A stretch of 64,000 bases of DNA, taken from IMG/VR virus record IMGVR_UViG_3300034171_000062, positions 106,558-170,557 of that record; one strand, 5' to 3'. The notes below the pieces were generated by a model. It was not told the origin of the DNA. It made no database searches and saw only the letters and a list, made by a program, of their open reading frames with translations. Position 1 is the first letter of the stretch, and every line of letters starts with the position of its first letter. Below, piece after piece: positions 30,172-40,281 of this stretch. This DNA comes from a virus. Lineage: Duplodnaviria > Caudoviricetes. The position numbers and the translations under genes were made by a program.

Positions 30172-30738
30172 ATGAGCGAGAATCATGTGAAAGACGATTA
30201 CAGTTATCTAAAAATAGATCTTACTAGGCCCGTGTTATTTCTGGATTTGTGTGGGGTGTTAAACAATTGCCTGAGCAGTACTTTCTCATGGTATCCAGAT
30301 AAGGTAGAACGCCGCTGGTTACGACATGACCACGTGGAAGGCCATAAGGCTGACTTGCTGTTTGCGTTGCTGAAGCATCGGAATGTGCAAGTGATCATGG
30401 TGTCGTCTTGGGTCTCGGCCCATCTGAGACACGACGCCAAAGGCATTGATGAACTTCGAACGTTCTTTGGGTACGAGGACATCATGGGTAGTGTCTCCAC
30501 CGGTGGAGGTCCTGAACGTGGTCGGAGTGTGTTGGCTTGCGTCGAATGGCACGGTCTTCACCGTTGGGGTGTACTCGACGATTCCGAACAGATGTACGAT
30601 CTGGCAGCGTTGGGTCTCGGGCGGCTGTTCTCACCGCATGGTCGCTACGGATTGACCGACCAACTTCTAGAGCGCCTCGACACCGAGGCCTTCTTAGAGG
30701 ACCCTGAGGAGGCGTTTGTACCACCCACGACTCGTTAG
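30172..30738 (+). CDS. HAD-fold protein (Swiss Army Knife RNA-repair-like HAD family)
   Basis: LFLDLCGVLN, VSSW, VLDD, YGLT motifs. Confidence 0.7.
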   Translation: MSENHVKDDYSYLKIDLTRPVLFLDLCGVLNNCLSSTFSWYPDKVERRWLRHDHVEGHKADLLFALLKHRNVQVIMVSSWVSAHLRHDAKGIDELRTFFGYEDIMGSVSTGGGPERGRSVLACVEWHGLHRWGVLDDSEQMYDLAALGLGRLFSPHGRYGLTDQLLERLDTEAFLEDPEEAFVPPTTR

Positions 30739-30801
30739 TCATCTGAGATGTGATCGTTCGATGTGGTACGCCTGAGGGCGTTCTACAGGTCACTCCAGAT
30801 T

Positions 30802-30824
30802 ATTTCAACGATATATCATCGAGG
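30802..30824 (+). promoter_or_regulatory. Putative phage (early-type) promoter
   Basis: ATTTCAACGATATATCATCGAGG. Confidence 0.6.
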
Positions 30825-30942
30825 TGCCTTAGACATACCGCCTTAAGTTGCGTAATTCGTAACAGGCGAGGTAGCTTGTATGTCAACAGCGCAACACGCG
30901 TGTACACCGTAAATCACCAACACGAATTAAGGATATCCTTTT

Positions 30943-31413
30943 ATGTCTGAGATTAAACCCTACGTCACCGCTCTTGCGACTGAACTAAAAGCCGGCTTGA
31001 AACTGGGAGAAGGCGGCGTCATCAACGCAGATAAAGATCTGTATGAGAAGACCCTTCCCGACGATCTGGACATGGAGACTGTAAAGAAAGTTTACGGTCA
31101 CACCGAAGATCTGGTTGCGAGTCTGACGCTGGCGACTGCACAGATTGGCGAAGAAGCCATGAAGAAGAATAAGAAGCTGGACTCGGTTTCTTCTGAACTG
31201 AAGATAGGTAAGCATGTTGAAATCAACGTGGGTTACCTGCGCAGTCAGAACCAGACCATCCGCAACATGCAAAACCCAACTGAAGCACCGCGCGAAGTGA
31301 CCAAGTACGGCGTCAGCACTGCCCGTATCAAAACTTTCGGTCAGAAGAACCGAGGCGAACTGAAGAAAGTTCGTGCGCACAACGCCGCCGTTGGCGAAAA
31401 GCTCTTCAAGTAA
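30943..31413 (+). CDS. Lys-rich hypothetical protein, monocistronic
   Basis: Own promoter motif, TAAGGA RBS and terminator. Confidence 0.7.
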   Translation: MSEIKPYVTALATELKAGLKLGEGGVINADKDLYEKTLPDDLDMETVKKVYGHTEDLVASLTLATAQIGEEAMKKNKKLDSVSSELKIGKHVEINVGYLRSQNQTIRNMQNPTEAPREVTKYGVSTARIKTFGQKNRGELKKVRAHNAAVGEKLFK

Positions 31414-31433
31414 ATACACTTGAAGTTCAATGT

Positions 31434-31470
31434 GAGGAGGGGCTAAGGCTCCTCCTTATCTTTTTTTTTG
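31434..31470 (+). terminator. Intrinsic terminator
   Basis: AGGAGGGG-CTAAGG-CTCCTCCT plus T9 tract. Confidence 0.75.
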
Positions 31471-31575
31471 TTTTGGATGCGCCGTTGTCGATGAATCTTA
31501 TGAAACGACAGGTCGGGATCGCCCGACGATCATACGCGGCGAAGGTACATTGACACTTCGTCTGGAGGCATACCC

Positions 31576-32244
31576 ATGATTAATCCACGCATCAAGTTGT
31601 TGCTTGATCCCCACTTTATTCGGTTCGCAGCCGATAGTTATCAGTGGGCGTTAGATGCCGATGAAGAATGTCGGGCGTTGTCTACGAGTAAACAAAAGGA
31701 GGTCAACGTCTACCGGCGCGGGGTCAGTTACGAACAAACCGCGACCGATTTGATCAACGCGGAATTCAAAGACGTGTGCAGCGGTGCCGGATTGGGGTCC
31801 ATTGACCTGGATGACGCCAAGCGGTCGTGGCGCATTGTCAATCGTCGGCAATCGGAAGACCCTCTTGGGTTAGCGTACGTGTGGTTCATAACCCGCATTT
31901 CCTTGTACGTGCCGGATCGTAAAGGCCACACCCACCACAAGTTAGATGCTAAGTTAACCCGAAACGAGATTGTATCGTCTCTGTTTCGTCAGTTTCTGAA
32001 CTGGGCAGAAGCAAGTAATCAATTAGGAATGTTAAGTCCCACTCCTGAAAACCCGGCGTTTATCGACGAGATTGAAGGTCTGTTCGTAGCGACGATCGAC
32101 GTGTTGACTGAGAGTAACCCATACGTCCAACAGATCTTTAAAGGCACCCCCATGGCTGAGGCGATGACCCCGACCGTACTTGCCAGTGAATCTATCGAAA
32201 CCGAAACCAATCCGATAATAGTCGGACAAACTAAGGCTAACTGA
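31576..32244 (+). CDS. Hypothetical protein
   Basis: 222 aa with GGAGG RBS. Confidence 0.65.
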   Translation: MINPRIKLLLDPHFIRFAADSYQWALDADEECRALSTSKQKEVNVYRRGVSYEQTATDLINAEFKDVCSGAGLGSIDLDDAKRSWRIVNRRQSEDPLGLAYVWFITRISLYVPDRKGHTHHKLDAKLTRNEIVSSLFRQFLNWAEASNQLGMLSPTPENPAFIDEIEGLFVATIDVLTESNPYVQQIFKGTPMAEAMTPTVLASESIETETNPIIVGQTKAN

Positions 32245-32279
32245 GGACACGCAGGGCCACCAACGACGAAGGATCTCTG

Positions 32280-32747
32280 ATGAAAATACTAGATGCGTTG
32301 GGGAACGTATTGGAAGAGAAAGTGTCCGTTGTGAAAGTTGACATCGTACTAGGTATTCAGTTTGTCAATGAGGTTATACAGAACTGCGGTCTTGACTCAC
32401 TGATACTCAGGTACAAACAAGATTACAACGTTGAAATTTACGACCACGACTTTGACCGCGCAGAACACATACAGCATCTACATCAATTGCACGTCTTCGA
32501 TCACGAAAACAACATGACCCTACCGATCAATTATAATCGCGACACCTTGTCGGTGATCTATGAGTGGGTTGGCCGCCATCGGACGATATTTTCATCGACA
32601 CATCGAGTAGACGCCCATCAGCTCTTTATCTTACTGTGTCACAGCTATTCGTGCAAAAGCATATTGGAGATGAATCGAAGCGATTGCGACTTTCTGTTTA
32701 ACTATATCTACCTGCGAGATTTCATAGACCACACCAATCTAATTTAG
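32280..32747 (+). CDS. Hypothetical protein
   Basis: 155-aa ORF in operon. Confidence 0.6.
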   Translation: MKILDALGNVLEEKVSVVKVDIVLGIQFVNEVIQNCGLDSLILRYKQDYNVEIYDHDFDRAEHIQHLHQLHVFDHENNMTLPINYNRDTLSVIYEWVGRHRTIFSSTHRVDAHQLFILLCHSYSCKSILEMNRSDCDFLFNYIYLRDFIDHTNLI

Positions 32748-32758
32748 TGGAGTACTCT

Positions 32759-33130
32759 ATGAGTCACGTGATCTACACAGTGCAGATGAACAACGTGCGG
32801 GTGGCACATGCGGAAGAGATTCCGGTCGTTGACATCACCGTCAAGTCGGGCAGTAAAGTCTTTGCTCCGACTTGGGAGATGGTCATGGCCCTGAAAAGCG
32901 GCGAGATCGGTGAGGACGTGTATACTGCTTACTACGACCAGATGATGAAGATGAGTCAGTCCAACGCGCCAGCCGCATGGGGGGCGGTACTCGCCATGGA
33001 TAAGGTGGCTCTGGTTTGCTACTGTAAGCCCGGGGTGTTCTGTCATCGACACTTACTTAAAGAAAAACTTACCAGTCTCCATCATCAATTAGGAAATGAA
33101 ATCCTAGATGGGGGTGAACTCTTACCTTAA
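32759..33130 (+). CDS. DUF488-like protein
   Basis: FAPTWE and LVCYCKPGVFCHRHLL motifs; GGAG RBS before ATG at 32759. Confidence 0.7.
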   Translation: MSHVIYTVQMNNVRVAHAEEIPVVDITVKSGSKVFAPTWEMVMALKSGEIGEDVYTAYYDQMMKMSQSNAPAAWGAVLAMDKVALVCYCKPGVFCHRHLLKEKLTSLHHQLGNEILDGGELLP

Positions 33131-33141
33131 AGGACAAACTC

Positions 33142-33540
33142 ATGTTACGTTCCAATCTCTTTACCGAAACCGATCAGGGCGACGACGTGCGGACATTAAG
33201 TATTGAACAGATCTCTGAGGCTGTCCACGAAGCCAACCGCGCCTACTGTTTGGGTCAAGGTGACCATAGTCAGCCGGTCTGGTCTGAGGGCGGTGAGGAC
33301 GTTCAGAAGGGCACTGTCGATGGTGTGATCTTTCACCTAGACAATCCAGATGCGGCGGCAGGTGCTTCACACGAAAATTGGATGAAGTATAAGACAGACG
33401 AAGGTTGGGTGTATGGCGAGACTAAGTCGGAAGCCGACAAGACACATCCCTCACTAGTGGCGTTCAATGACCTGCCTGAAAAGGAAAAGGTCAAAGACTA
33501 CTTGTTCGAGTGCTTGGTTCGAAAATTGAGTAGCTTTTAG
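33142..33540 (+). CDS. Stand-alone RyR (ryanodine receptor repeat) domain protein
   Basis: HENWM..K..EGWVYG......KTHPSLVAFNDLPEKEKVKD is the RyR repeat signature. Confidence 0.85.
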   Translation: MLRSNLFTETDQGDDVRTLSIEQISEAVHEANRAYCLGQGDHSQPVWSEGGEDVQKGTVDGVIFHLDNPDAAAGASHENWMKYKTDEGWVYGETKSEADKTHPSLVAFNDLPEKEKVKDYLFECLVRKLSSF

Positions 33541-33546
33541 TGGCAT

Positions 33547-33586
33547 CGACATAAGGGAGAGGCCTGAGCCTCTCCTTTTATTTTTT
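33547..33586 (+). terminator. CGACATA-flanked terminator
   Basis: GGAGAGGC-CTGA-GCCTCTCC plus T tract. Confidence 0.75.
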
Positions 33587-33654
33587 GCCTTTCGAATAAA
33601 AATGGGGGGGTGGAAACAAAGAAAGGACTTCGGTCTCTTCCTACCTAGGCCGAA

Positions 33655-33682
33655 TAAAGGAGGACCCGAAGGTCCTCCCTCA
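33655..33682 (-). terminator. Terminator of the sheath-tube operon
   Basis: Minus strand GGAGGACC-TTCG-GGTCCTCC-TTTATT. Confidence 0.75.
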
Positions 33683-33691
33683 TTGACGGTC

Positions 33692-34564
33692 TTAGCCTTC
33701 CTCACCAATGCCGCTTTGTGAAGCAGCCTTGAGGTCTTCAGCGTAACCACTTTCGGCCGCACGGATGTCCTCATCGATCTGATTGACAAACGCCGGACGC
33801 TGCATTGGGCCTGCGTTGACGTAGTTCAGTTCGTCGAGGATTGACTGTGCGAAACGACGGGTACCTTGGCTCACAACCGGCATCCCACGATACTCAATAG
33901 AGAGTTCGGGGACTTCCGCACCAGTGGTTGGGTCCATTTGGGACTCAAGTACACCGGAGGTTGTTGGGAACATGTTGGTCACCAGCCACGCTTCTACTAC
34001 GTGACGACGCAGAGGATCTGGTTCGATGTACAGCATGGTGAAGCTGTAGATGTCGGCCAGTTGGTCTGTGGGTGGGTTATCCAGAGTCATGATCGCAGGC
34101 TGCTTGGTGATCGGCTCTGCAATCAAGTTCCGGATGTACGCTTGCCAGAAGTTGTGAATCGGACGACCGTAACGCTCATCCCACACGTGCGTTGGCTGAG
34201 ACATCTCTTCCGTGACGTTGGTTGGGTCGGACTGCATGTGACCCGCACCACCCACTGGACGCTCAGACGCTTCCACGGTGATTCCCGTACGAAGACCGGT
34301 GATATTCTTCGATTGGTTTTCCATCAGGCTTTTCAGAACCGCAACCCACTTCTGTGGATTAGGTAGGTTCTGGAAGCCCCGAGGGGCCTCAACCAGAATG
34401 GGAATCAAGTTGCGGGGGGTGTAACCCGTATTGGACGGGTAAGCCGCAAAATCTGGCTGATAACCGTACTGACCCCCAAGCGACAGATCAATCTGAGGCG
34501 ACTGTCCGTCACGCCCCCGATTGTACGCCTGCGCATCGATCAGGGTACCCTTGAGTCTTGACAT
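33692..34564 (-). CDS. Tail tube protein (phiKZ gp30-like)
   Basis: 290 aa directly after the sheath; MLYIEPDP and AWLVTNMFP motifs. Confidence 0.75.
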   Translation of the reverse strand: MSRLKGTLIDAQAYNRGRDGQSPQIDLSLGGQYGYQPDFAAYPSNTGYTPRNLIPILVEAPRGFQNLPNPQKWVAVLKSLMENQSKNITGLRTGITVEASERPVGGAGHMQSDPTNVTEEMSQPTHVWDERYGRPIHNFWQAYIRNLIAEPITKQPAIMTLDNPPTDQLADIYSFTMLYIEPDPLRRHVVEAWLVTNMFPTTSGVLESQMDPTTGAEVPELSIEYRGMPVVSQGTRRFAQSILDELNYVNAGPMQRPAFVNQIDEDIRAAESGYAEDLKAASQSGIGEEG

Positions 34565-34589
34565 AATTCAATACTCCGTAAGCGATGGA

Positions 34590-36656
34590 TTAACCGGCGA
34601 AGTCGCTGCGGCGACGTGCGACGATGGTGTATGTGCCGACGGTCATCATGTTGTTCAGATACAACTCGATGTCGCAGCTCCAGGAGTAGCCCAGCGCTTG
34701 ATCGAAGTCGGTGAAATAGGTGTTAGGCACCACAATCACACGGTCGTCGAACCGGCCTTGAGTCTTCTCAGAAATCAGCGTGTTGCTGCGCTCGATGAAC
34801 TGACCACGAGTCAACTTGCTGGTTCCGGTGAGTTCCCGCCATGAGCGTTCAGCCACCTTTTCGATTTCTACGATAATCATCGCATTGATCGCGGAGTTCA
34901 ACACAGACGTGGAATCGTCGTATACGGTCTGAACTGCTGGGAAGAACAGCGACCGACGGTCAAAGTTCTGTACCCACACCAAACCGGAATCCCAGTCTTT
35001 GTCGTAAACGTTCTGCGGCTTGTACGTGCAGTTGACGTCTTTGAACATGTTGATCTGGTTGTACGGCGCGGTGTCGAAACCACGGTCGCGAGACCAGATA
35101 CCGTTACCAGCACCCATGAAGCGAGACATCTTATCCGCCAGCTCAATGGTCAGAGGCATGAGACTTTTGTACTGACTGTTAAGCAAGTGACCGGAATGTC
35201 CTACGACCAGTGCCCGACACACAGGTGTGCCAAAGACTTCAGACTCTGGATACAACCGAGCCGAAGCACGGAGTGCAATCGCAACGGACGATTCTTCTTC
35301 GGCGGTGTTCTGCCGGAAGCCTGGGCTGGTGACGTCCTGTGTTGACAGAACAATCATCATGTCCTTACGGCGCCCGATCGGCGTCAGTAGCTTCTTCTTT
35401 GTCTCCAACGTGAAGCCGGTGTCGTAGATGATGGACTGCGGCCACATGGCGCTGTCCATGAAACTGTATTCCAGATCCCCGTAATTGGCGGCCTGGTTTG
35501 CAACCAAAGCGTCGAACGTTACGTTATCGATGGTGCCGTCGCTACCACCGTTGGCGTAATGATTGCTGTTCGGAGTCAGTTCAATGCCACCTTCCGATTT
35601 GCCTAGTACCTGGATGGTGTGGTAGTGAGCACCGGAAACGGACTTACCACCAACCAAGTTAACCAAATGACGTCCTTCTTCTACGTCGGTTGGCCAATCT
35701 GGTTGGAACGCTTGCTCGCCTGCGTAAACCATATCCAATACAGTTTGCAGGTTGTCGTGATACACGTGCAGATCGTTGAACGGTCCGAATTGCTTCGGCT
35801 GAATGTCCAGATCCCGATAGGCATCCAACAGCACTTGTTCAATAAACAATTCGCTGTCGACACGCGTGTTGATCGCGCCTTCTTTGAACGAGAACTCGAT
35901 GCTCTGAGAACCGGCCACGGTTTCGATCACGTTGGGCTGTGTTTTACTGTCCGGACGCTGAATCATCTGAATGCGATACAAGAACGTGTTCTGATCGTAG
36001 ATGACTTCTTCGCTTGCCGGGCTGCTGGCCGAGGCCGTGGTCGGTGCCCAAAGGCGAATGCCCTTCAGGTTACCATGAGAACCGAAGTCTGAAACTTGCA
36101 GATCAACGATCGGGTAAATGGTAGATTGTTGATCCGCCGCGCCGGTCATTGACCCCGCCATACTGGCACCGCCACCGATGGCGCCATCCGGAACCTCACG
36201 CAGTACCCAGCGCATCTTGTGACCCGGAGTGGTATCAGCAGTCGCTATCGGTTCTCCAGATTGATCAAGAGATAGGCTGTCATCGCTTTCCCGCTCATAA
36301 ACAGGAAGTTCGTCGGCCACTACTTCCAGGCCCAGGGCCAGGGTTGCAGGTGCCTTAGCGTCATCGGGCTTGAGTCGTTGAACAACCATCGCGTTGCCGT
36401 TGCCGTTAACCACGTTCGCCAGAACGGTTTGGTGGTTGGCATACTTGCTGCGAAGGTCAAATGACTTAGCGCCGAACATCCGAGTGGCAGAACCACCAGA
36501 TACTAATTGTGGCTCAAGTGGTCCCTTTTCTGTAAACAGAAAAATGTGTGGAAGGTGTGTTGGGATCTGTTCCGGAACGACCGGTAAGGTCCCTCCAGAC
36601 TCGTCCTTAACCCCCTGGAGAATCGCCTTGGGGGCGGCATTCAGAATGGTGCTCAT
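34590..36656 (-). CDS. Contractile tail sheath protein (phiKZ gp29-like)
   Basis: 688 aa; PTHLPH, GGSDG, YDTGFTLETK, YPESEVFGTPVCR motifs. Confidence 0.85.
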   Translation of the reverse strand: MSTILNAAPKAILQGVKDESGGTLPVVPEQIPTHLPHIFLFTEKGPLEPQLVSGGSATRMFGAKSFDLRSKYANHQTVLANVVNGNGNAMVVQRLKPDDAKAPATLALGLEVVADELPVYERESDDSLSLDQSGEPIATADTTPGHKMRWVLREVPDGAIGGGASMAGSMTGAADQQSTIYPIVDLQVSDFGSHGNLKGIRLWAPTTASASSPASEEVIYDQNTFLYRIQMIQRPDSKTQPNVIETVAGSQSIEFSFKEGAINTRVDSELFIEQVLLDAYRDLDIQPKQFGPFNDLHVYHDNLQTVLDMVYAGEQAFQPDWPTDVEEGRHLVNLVGGKSVSGAHYHTIQVLGKSEGGIELTPNSNHYANGGSDGTIDNVTFDALVANQAANYGDLEYSFMDSAMWPQSIIYDTGFTLETKKKLLTPIGRRKDMMIVLSTQDVTSPGFRQNTAEEESSVAIALRASARLYPESEVFGTPVCRALVVGHSGHLLNSQYKSLMPLTIELADKMSRFMGAGNGIWSRDRGFDTAPYNQINMFKDVNCTYKPQNVYDKDWDSGLVWVQNFDRRSLFFPAVQTVYDDSTSVLNSAINAMIIVEIEKVAERSWRELTGTSKLTRGQFIERSNTLISEKTQGRFDDRVIVVPNTYFTDFDQALGYSWSCDIELYLNNMMTVGTYTIVARRRSDFAG

Positions 36657-36691
36657 TCGAGCCTCCTTTTAACTAACCATGGTCAGAGTCA

Positions 36692-36728
36692 AATTCTATG
36701 ATCGATGCCGTCGCATCTTCATAGAATT
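36692..36728. promoter_or_regulatory. Inverted repeat carrying face-to-face TATG late-promoter-like elements
   Basis: AATTCTATGA...TCATAGAATT between the divergent sheath and gp28-terminase operons. Confidence 0.5.
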
Positions 36729-36792
36729 ACAGACGCATTTGACCGGAATGTGAAATTTAACAGGTCATACAAACACACATCGGAGTGTAGAT

Positions 36793-37689
36793 ATGTTTCT
36801 CTCGCCTTATGAAACCACCGTTTGCCGCAACCACCGCATGGACGATATCCGTCTGGAACTCGTGCACATGTTCCTGGAGGGCGAACTGCGCCCCGATCAA
36901 GGACGTGTCTGGTTGGTCGGGGATGAAGCCACACAATTGAAGCCGTTTGCTCACCCCGTGATCTTGGATCACCCTCACGAACGAGGACAACTCATTATCG
37001 TGGGCGACGCCCGATCTTCCAGTCGCGTGAATCGAGAAACCAGTGAATTGCGTGGTGGCTCGGATTTTGAATACCTGAAGCTTCGTTGTCGTTTAATGGA
37101 CTTGGCTTGGGTCGATGGTCGTGAGACCGATCTACTGAATGCCGGAGACTTTCAAGTCCGCGTATTTGCACGACTGATGTCTGAGAACCTGGGTCGCCGA
37201 ATGAACCTGTCGATGGACACTCAGGTACGTGTCCAAGTCATCAGTGCTCACTATTACATCGGCTTGTTTTACGACGAGGTTCCGGAGGATGAAGAGTACG
37301 TACTAAAAATATCGAAACGGATCAGTCGTTCGGTGGGCGTACCTGTACCCGATGTTCTGTCGATCATTGAAGAGGTGCCACAAATGAAGTCCACTGGGGA
37401 CTTTACCACGGTACTTTCTGAACATGGCAACAGCGTTCGGTTGGAAAAACTCAAGCCAGGATTCTTGTACACTATGTTGGGTGGAATTTGGTTCGGTGCC
37501 AACAACGTCGAAAACGTCGCGGTGGCGTTGGAACACCCTCCGACCTTCTGTGCTATGTTGCAATTGGTCTTGAGCGATCGCAGTTATCGCAAAAGCATTC
37601 TAGGTCAACTCATTCAACGCATCGACCGGCGCGGCGAACTGGGTGAGACCTTTTCATACCATCTGCAAAGGATGGTTTCCGTATCTTAA
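36793..37689 (+). CDS. Virion structural protein (phiKZ gp28-like)
   Basis: MF.SPYETT start, F.HP, ALEHPPTF; position between sheath and terminase. Confidence 0.65.
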   Translation: MFLSPYETTVCRNHRMDDIRLELVHMFLEGELRPDQGRVWLVGDEATQLKPFAHPVILDHPHERGQLIIVGDARSSSRVNRETSELRGGSDFEYLKLRCRLMDLAWVDGRETDLLNAGDFQVRVFARLMSENLGRRMNLSMDTQVRVQVISAHYYIGLFYDEVPEDEEYVLKISKRISRSVGVPVPDVLSIIEEVPQMKSTGDFTTVLSEHGNSVRLEKLKPGFLYTMLGGIWFGANNVENVAVALEHPPTFCAMLQLVLSDRSYRKSILGQLIQRIDRRGELGETFSYHLQRMVSVS

Positions 37690-37707
37690 CCGATGTAGGA
37701 ACGTGGT

Positions 37708-40278
37708 ATGTTAGATTATCTTGTTAAACACGCAGTGGACAACGTCTGGTGCTCGCCAGAACAGGACCGTCAAGTCATCATTCAACCGAAGAGATTGAGT
37801 CGACGGTTGGGCGCTTTGAGTCATCAGACGGTCATGTGGGAACGCGTTCTCCTGCCAACGAAAACCGATTACTACCACGTCTTCCAAATCGGTCACGTTT
37901 ACCCTAAGCTCTTAGGTCTCATGCCGGTAACGGATGCGTGGATGAGACTGTCCGACGTCATTAACACCACCACCTTGATGGCCGAAGTGTACTTCAGTGA
38001 CGGGTTGGTGATACCACGTCGCGAGTGTTGGTTTCGCTACGACCGCCATAAAAACTTGATCCTGGCAATTGAAGACAGTCGGCTGTTTCCTCAATTGCGA
38101 GACGCCATCATTTACCTGCGGGTGTACTCCAACGCGTTTTTTGAATCGGGACGTGCCAACGCTACTGAGAACGGGACCTATGTGGAAGGTCTGACGGTGG
38201 CTACTGAGCAAGATGTGTTGGGGCTCCAACAGAAATACCACCAGTCTCTGGAAAAAGTTGGAGAAACTTACGCCTATCACAACGGTTGGTTGGTCAATGA
38301 CCTGCGACCCAGTCGAGTGTCTCCTGGCGACGTGATCGAATACGTTTACGACAGTTCGGTTTATCGAGTGGTGGACTTCGCTGTAAAGGATTTGGAGACG
38401 TACGAAAGTACCCTCGACAGTAAACGTAAGTATCTGTTAAATTACCCTGAGTTTAACAACGCCACCATAGATTTCGAAGACGACATTGATTTCTATCTGT
38501 TCAAGCGAGAAGACGACGGGCGGATGCGGGGGGTATACTACCATCGCAACCGTAAAGACGCCATCCGGATGTTGTCGCACAAGGATTACGGCGTACCGGT
38601 GGCCTACGTTGAAGCGTTTCAAGAGTCGCACAACGACCACTGGCTGGACATGAACGACTTGACGCTCCGATTGTACGTACGTAGGGCCGGGTTTAAGCGA
38701 CCTTTGGTGCAAGAGCACCATCGCCTCTTTGAACTATATCGCCTACCGCCAGAGGACGTTAGAAACGCCATGGTGGGCATTGATTCGTTGGTGGACGTGT
38801 GGAAAGCGGACAACCTGGAGAACAGTCCGTACGTCAAGTTGATGCGGGCCCCTAATAACGCCATCGATCCGTTGTTGGTGCAGCAAGCGTACGGCTACAA
38901 CGCGGTGTCTCGTCTGGTGGGCGATACGCCCCAACGGGTACGCTCAACAGTATCCGGGCCGGTAGTGGATTTGTTGCCAGCACATCGCACTCAGTCGACG
39001 ATGTACGAATACGACGGTCAAGGGCGGTTGCTGGGGTACTACTACCACGAAGTCGGGATGACGTACGACTGCGTGCACTCGCAAACGCAGTTGGTGGAAA
39101 TTGTAGTCGGGCAGGTGGCCGAATCTCTAGACGCAGTGTTTGGGGAAACCTTGGTCAACACCGATCCGCGTTACAACTACCGAGCGTACATCAGCACTCG
39201 GTTAGGCGATACCTTGGTGTGGGATTGGGTTGACGTTAGCAATTCGGAACTGATCAGTCTGGGGAACAACCAGATCGGATTCGACATCAACGACAGCATC
39301 GATTACCCAGCGGTTGTCAGCGATAAGAAATTCCTAGGGTATCAGATCACGGTGCCCATCGCCAACGGTGTTCTCAAGTTCAGTGTCAACAACTTTGAGA
39401 CGCACCTGGGTGACACGCAGAGACGACTGTCTACGATTCCCCCACGCCGGATAGACGTGTGGGTCAATACGCACCCATTGATCGAAGGGTTGGACTATTA
39501 CGTCAATTGGCCGGAAGTCGTGGTGGTCAACAAGCAGTACTTAACCGCCGATGAAGATCAGATCATCGACATTCGCTGCCAGGGATTCTGTCGACCAGAG
39601 ATGACCCCCGATGCCCCTAGGGAATTTGGGTTTGTCGAACATGGGTACCTCAGTGCAAACCGTCGATACAACATCCGTGACGATAAGGTTCTGTCCATCA
39701 TCGTGGGTGGGAAACTGCTCAGTCGGGATGGCTTGGCGTTTGCTGAAACCAGCAGTGGTGTAATGGTAGACAACGTGGCCAATGGGACACCATATTCGCT
39801 TCGGGAAACGATCGTCCCCATGCGAGGGGAAACTTATCTCGACACGTACATGTTCCGAGCCCAGTCGCAAGCTGTAGACTTGGCAATCGAAGACTATCTG
39901 TCTTTGAAATACCCAGAGCCGGTGGTACCAGGACCCAGTCCCATCACGGATTTGTACATGGTGTACAGTCCGTTCATGAGTCGAATCATCAACGACCTGC
40001 AAGAAGGGTACATCGACGAAGAGCCATTGACCAAACAGTACTCGAACGGCGACGTTTATGCGTGGGCCAACGAATACGAACATTTGCTGGACTACGACCC
40101 GCTCAAGAAGAACGTGGACGAACGGTACGTAAAGGTGCATCCGCATCGGTACCTGAACACGGTGGCCCTGAGCATTTATCAATACAACTTCATCCAACGA
40201 ATCAACCAACTCTACTTCAACAGTAGGTTGCCGTTGAGTCAGTTCATCGAAGTTACACTCCCTCAAACTCAGGAGTAA
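37708..40278 (+). CDS. Virion structural protein, probable baseplate (phiKZ gp27-like)
   Basis: 856 aa; NVWCSPEQDRQ start; gene order. Confidence 0.65.
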   Translation: MLDYLVKHAVDNVWCSPEQDRQVIIQPKRLSRRLGALSHQTVMWERVLLPTKTDYYHVFQIGHVYPKLLGLMPVTDAWMRLSDVINTTTLMAEVYFSDGLVIPRRECWFRYDRHKNLILAIEDSRLFPQLRDAIIYLRVYSNAFFESGRANATENGTYVEGLTVATEQDVLGLQQKYHQSLEKVGETYAYHNGWLVNDLRPSRVSPGDVIEYVYDSSVYRVVDFAVKDLETYESTLDSKRKYLLNYPEFNNATIDFEDDIDFYLFKREDDGRMRGVYYHRNRKDAIRMLSHKDYGVPVAYVEAFQESHNDHWLDMNDLTLRLYVRRAGFKRPLVQEHHRLFELYRLPPEDVRNAMVGIDSLVDVWKADNLENSPYVKLMRAPNNAIDPLLVQQAYGYNAVSRLVGDTPQRVRSTVSGPVVDLLPAHRTQSTMYEYDGQGRLLGYYYHEVGMTYDCVHSQTQLVEIVVGQVAESLDAVFGETLVNTDPRYNYRAYISTRLGDTLVWDWVDVSNSELISLGNNQIGFDINDSIDYPAVVSDKKFLGYQITVPIANGVLKFSVNNFETHLGDTQRRLSTIPPRRIDVWVNTHPLIEGLDYYVNWPEVVVVNKQYLTADEDQIIDIRCQGFCRPEMTPDAPREFGFVEHGYLSANRRYNIRDDKVLSIIVGGKLLSRDGLAFAETSSGVMVDNVANGTPYSLRETIVPMRGETYLDTYMFRAQSQAVDLAIEDYLSLKYPEPVVPGPSPITDLYMVYSPFMSRIINDLQEGYIDEEPLTKQYSNGDVYAWANEYEHLLDYDPLKKNVDERYVKVHPHRYLNTVALSIYQYNFIQRINQLYFNSRLPLSQFIEVTLPQTQE

Positions 40279-40281
40279 GAC

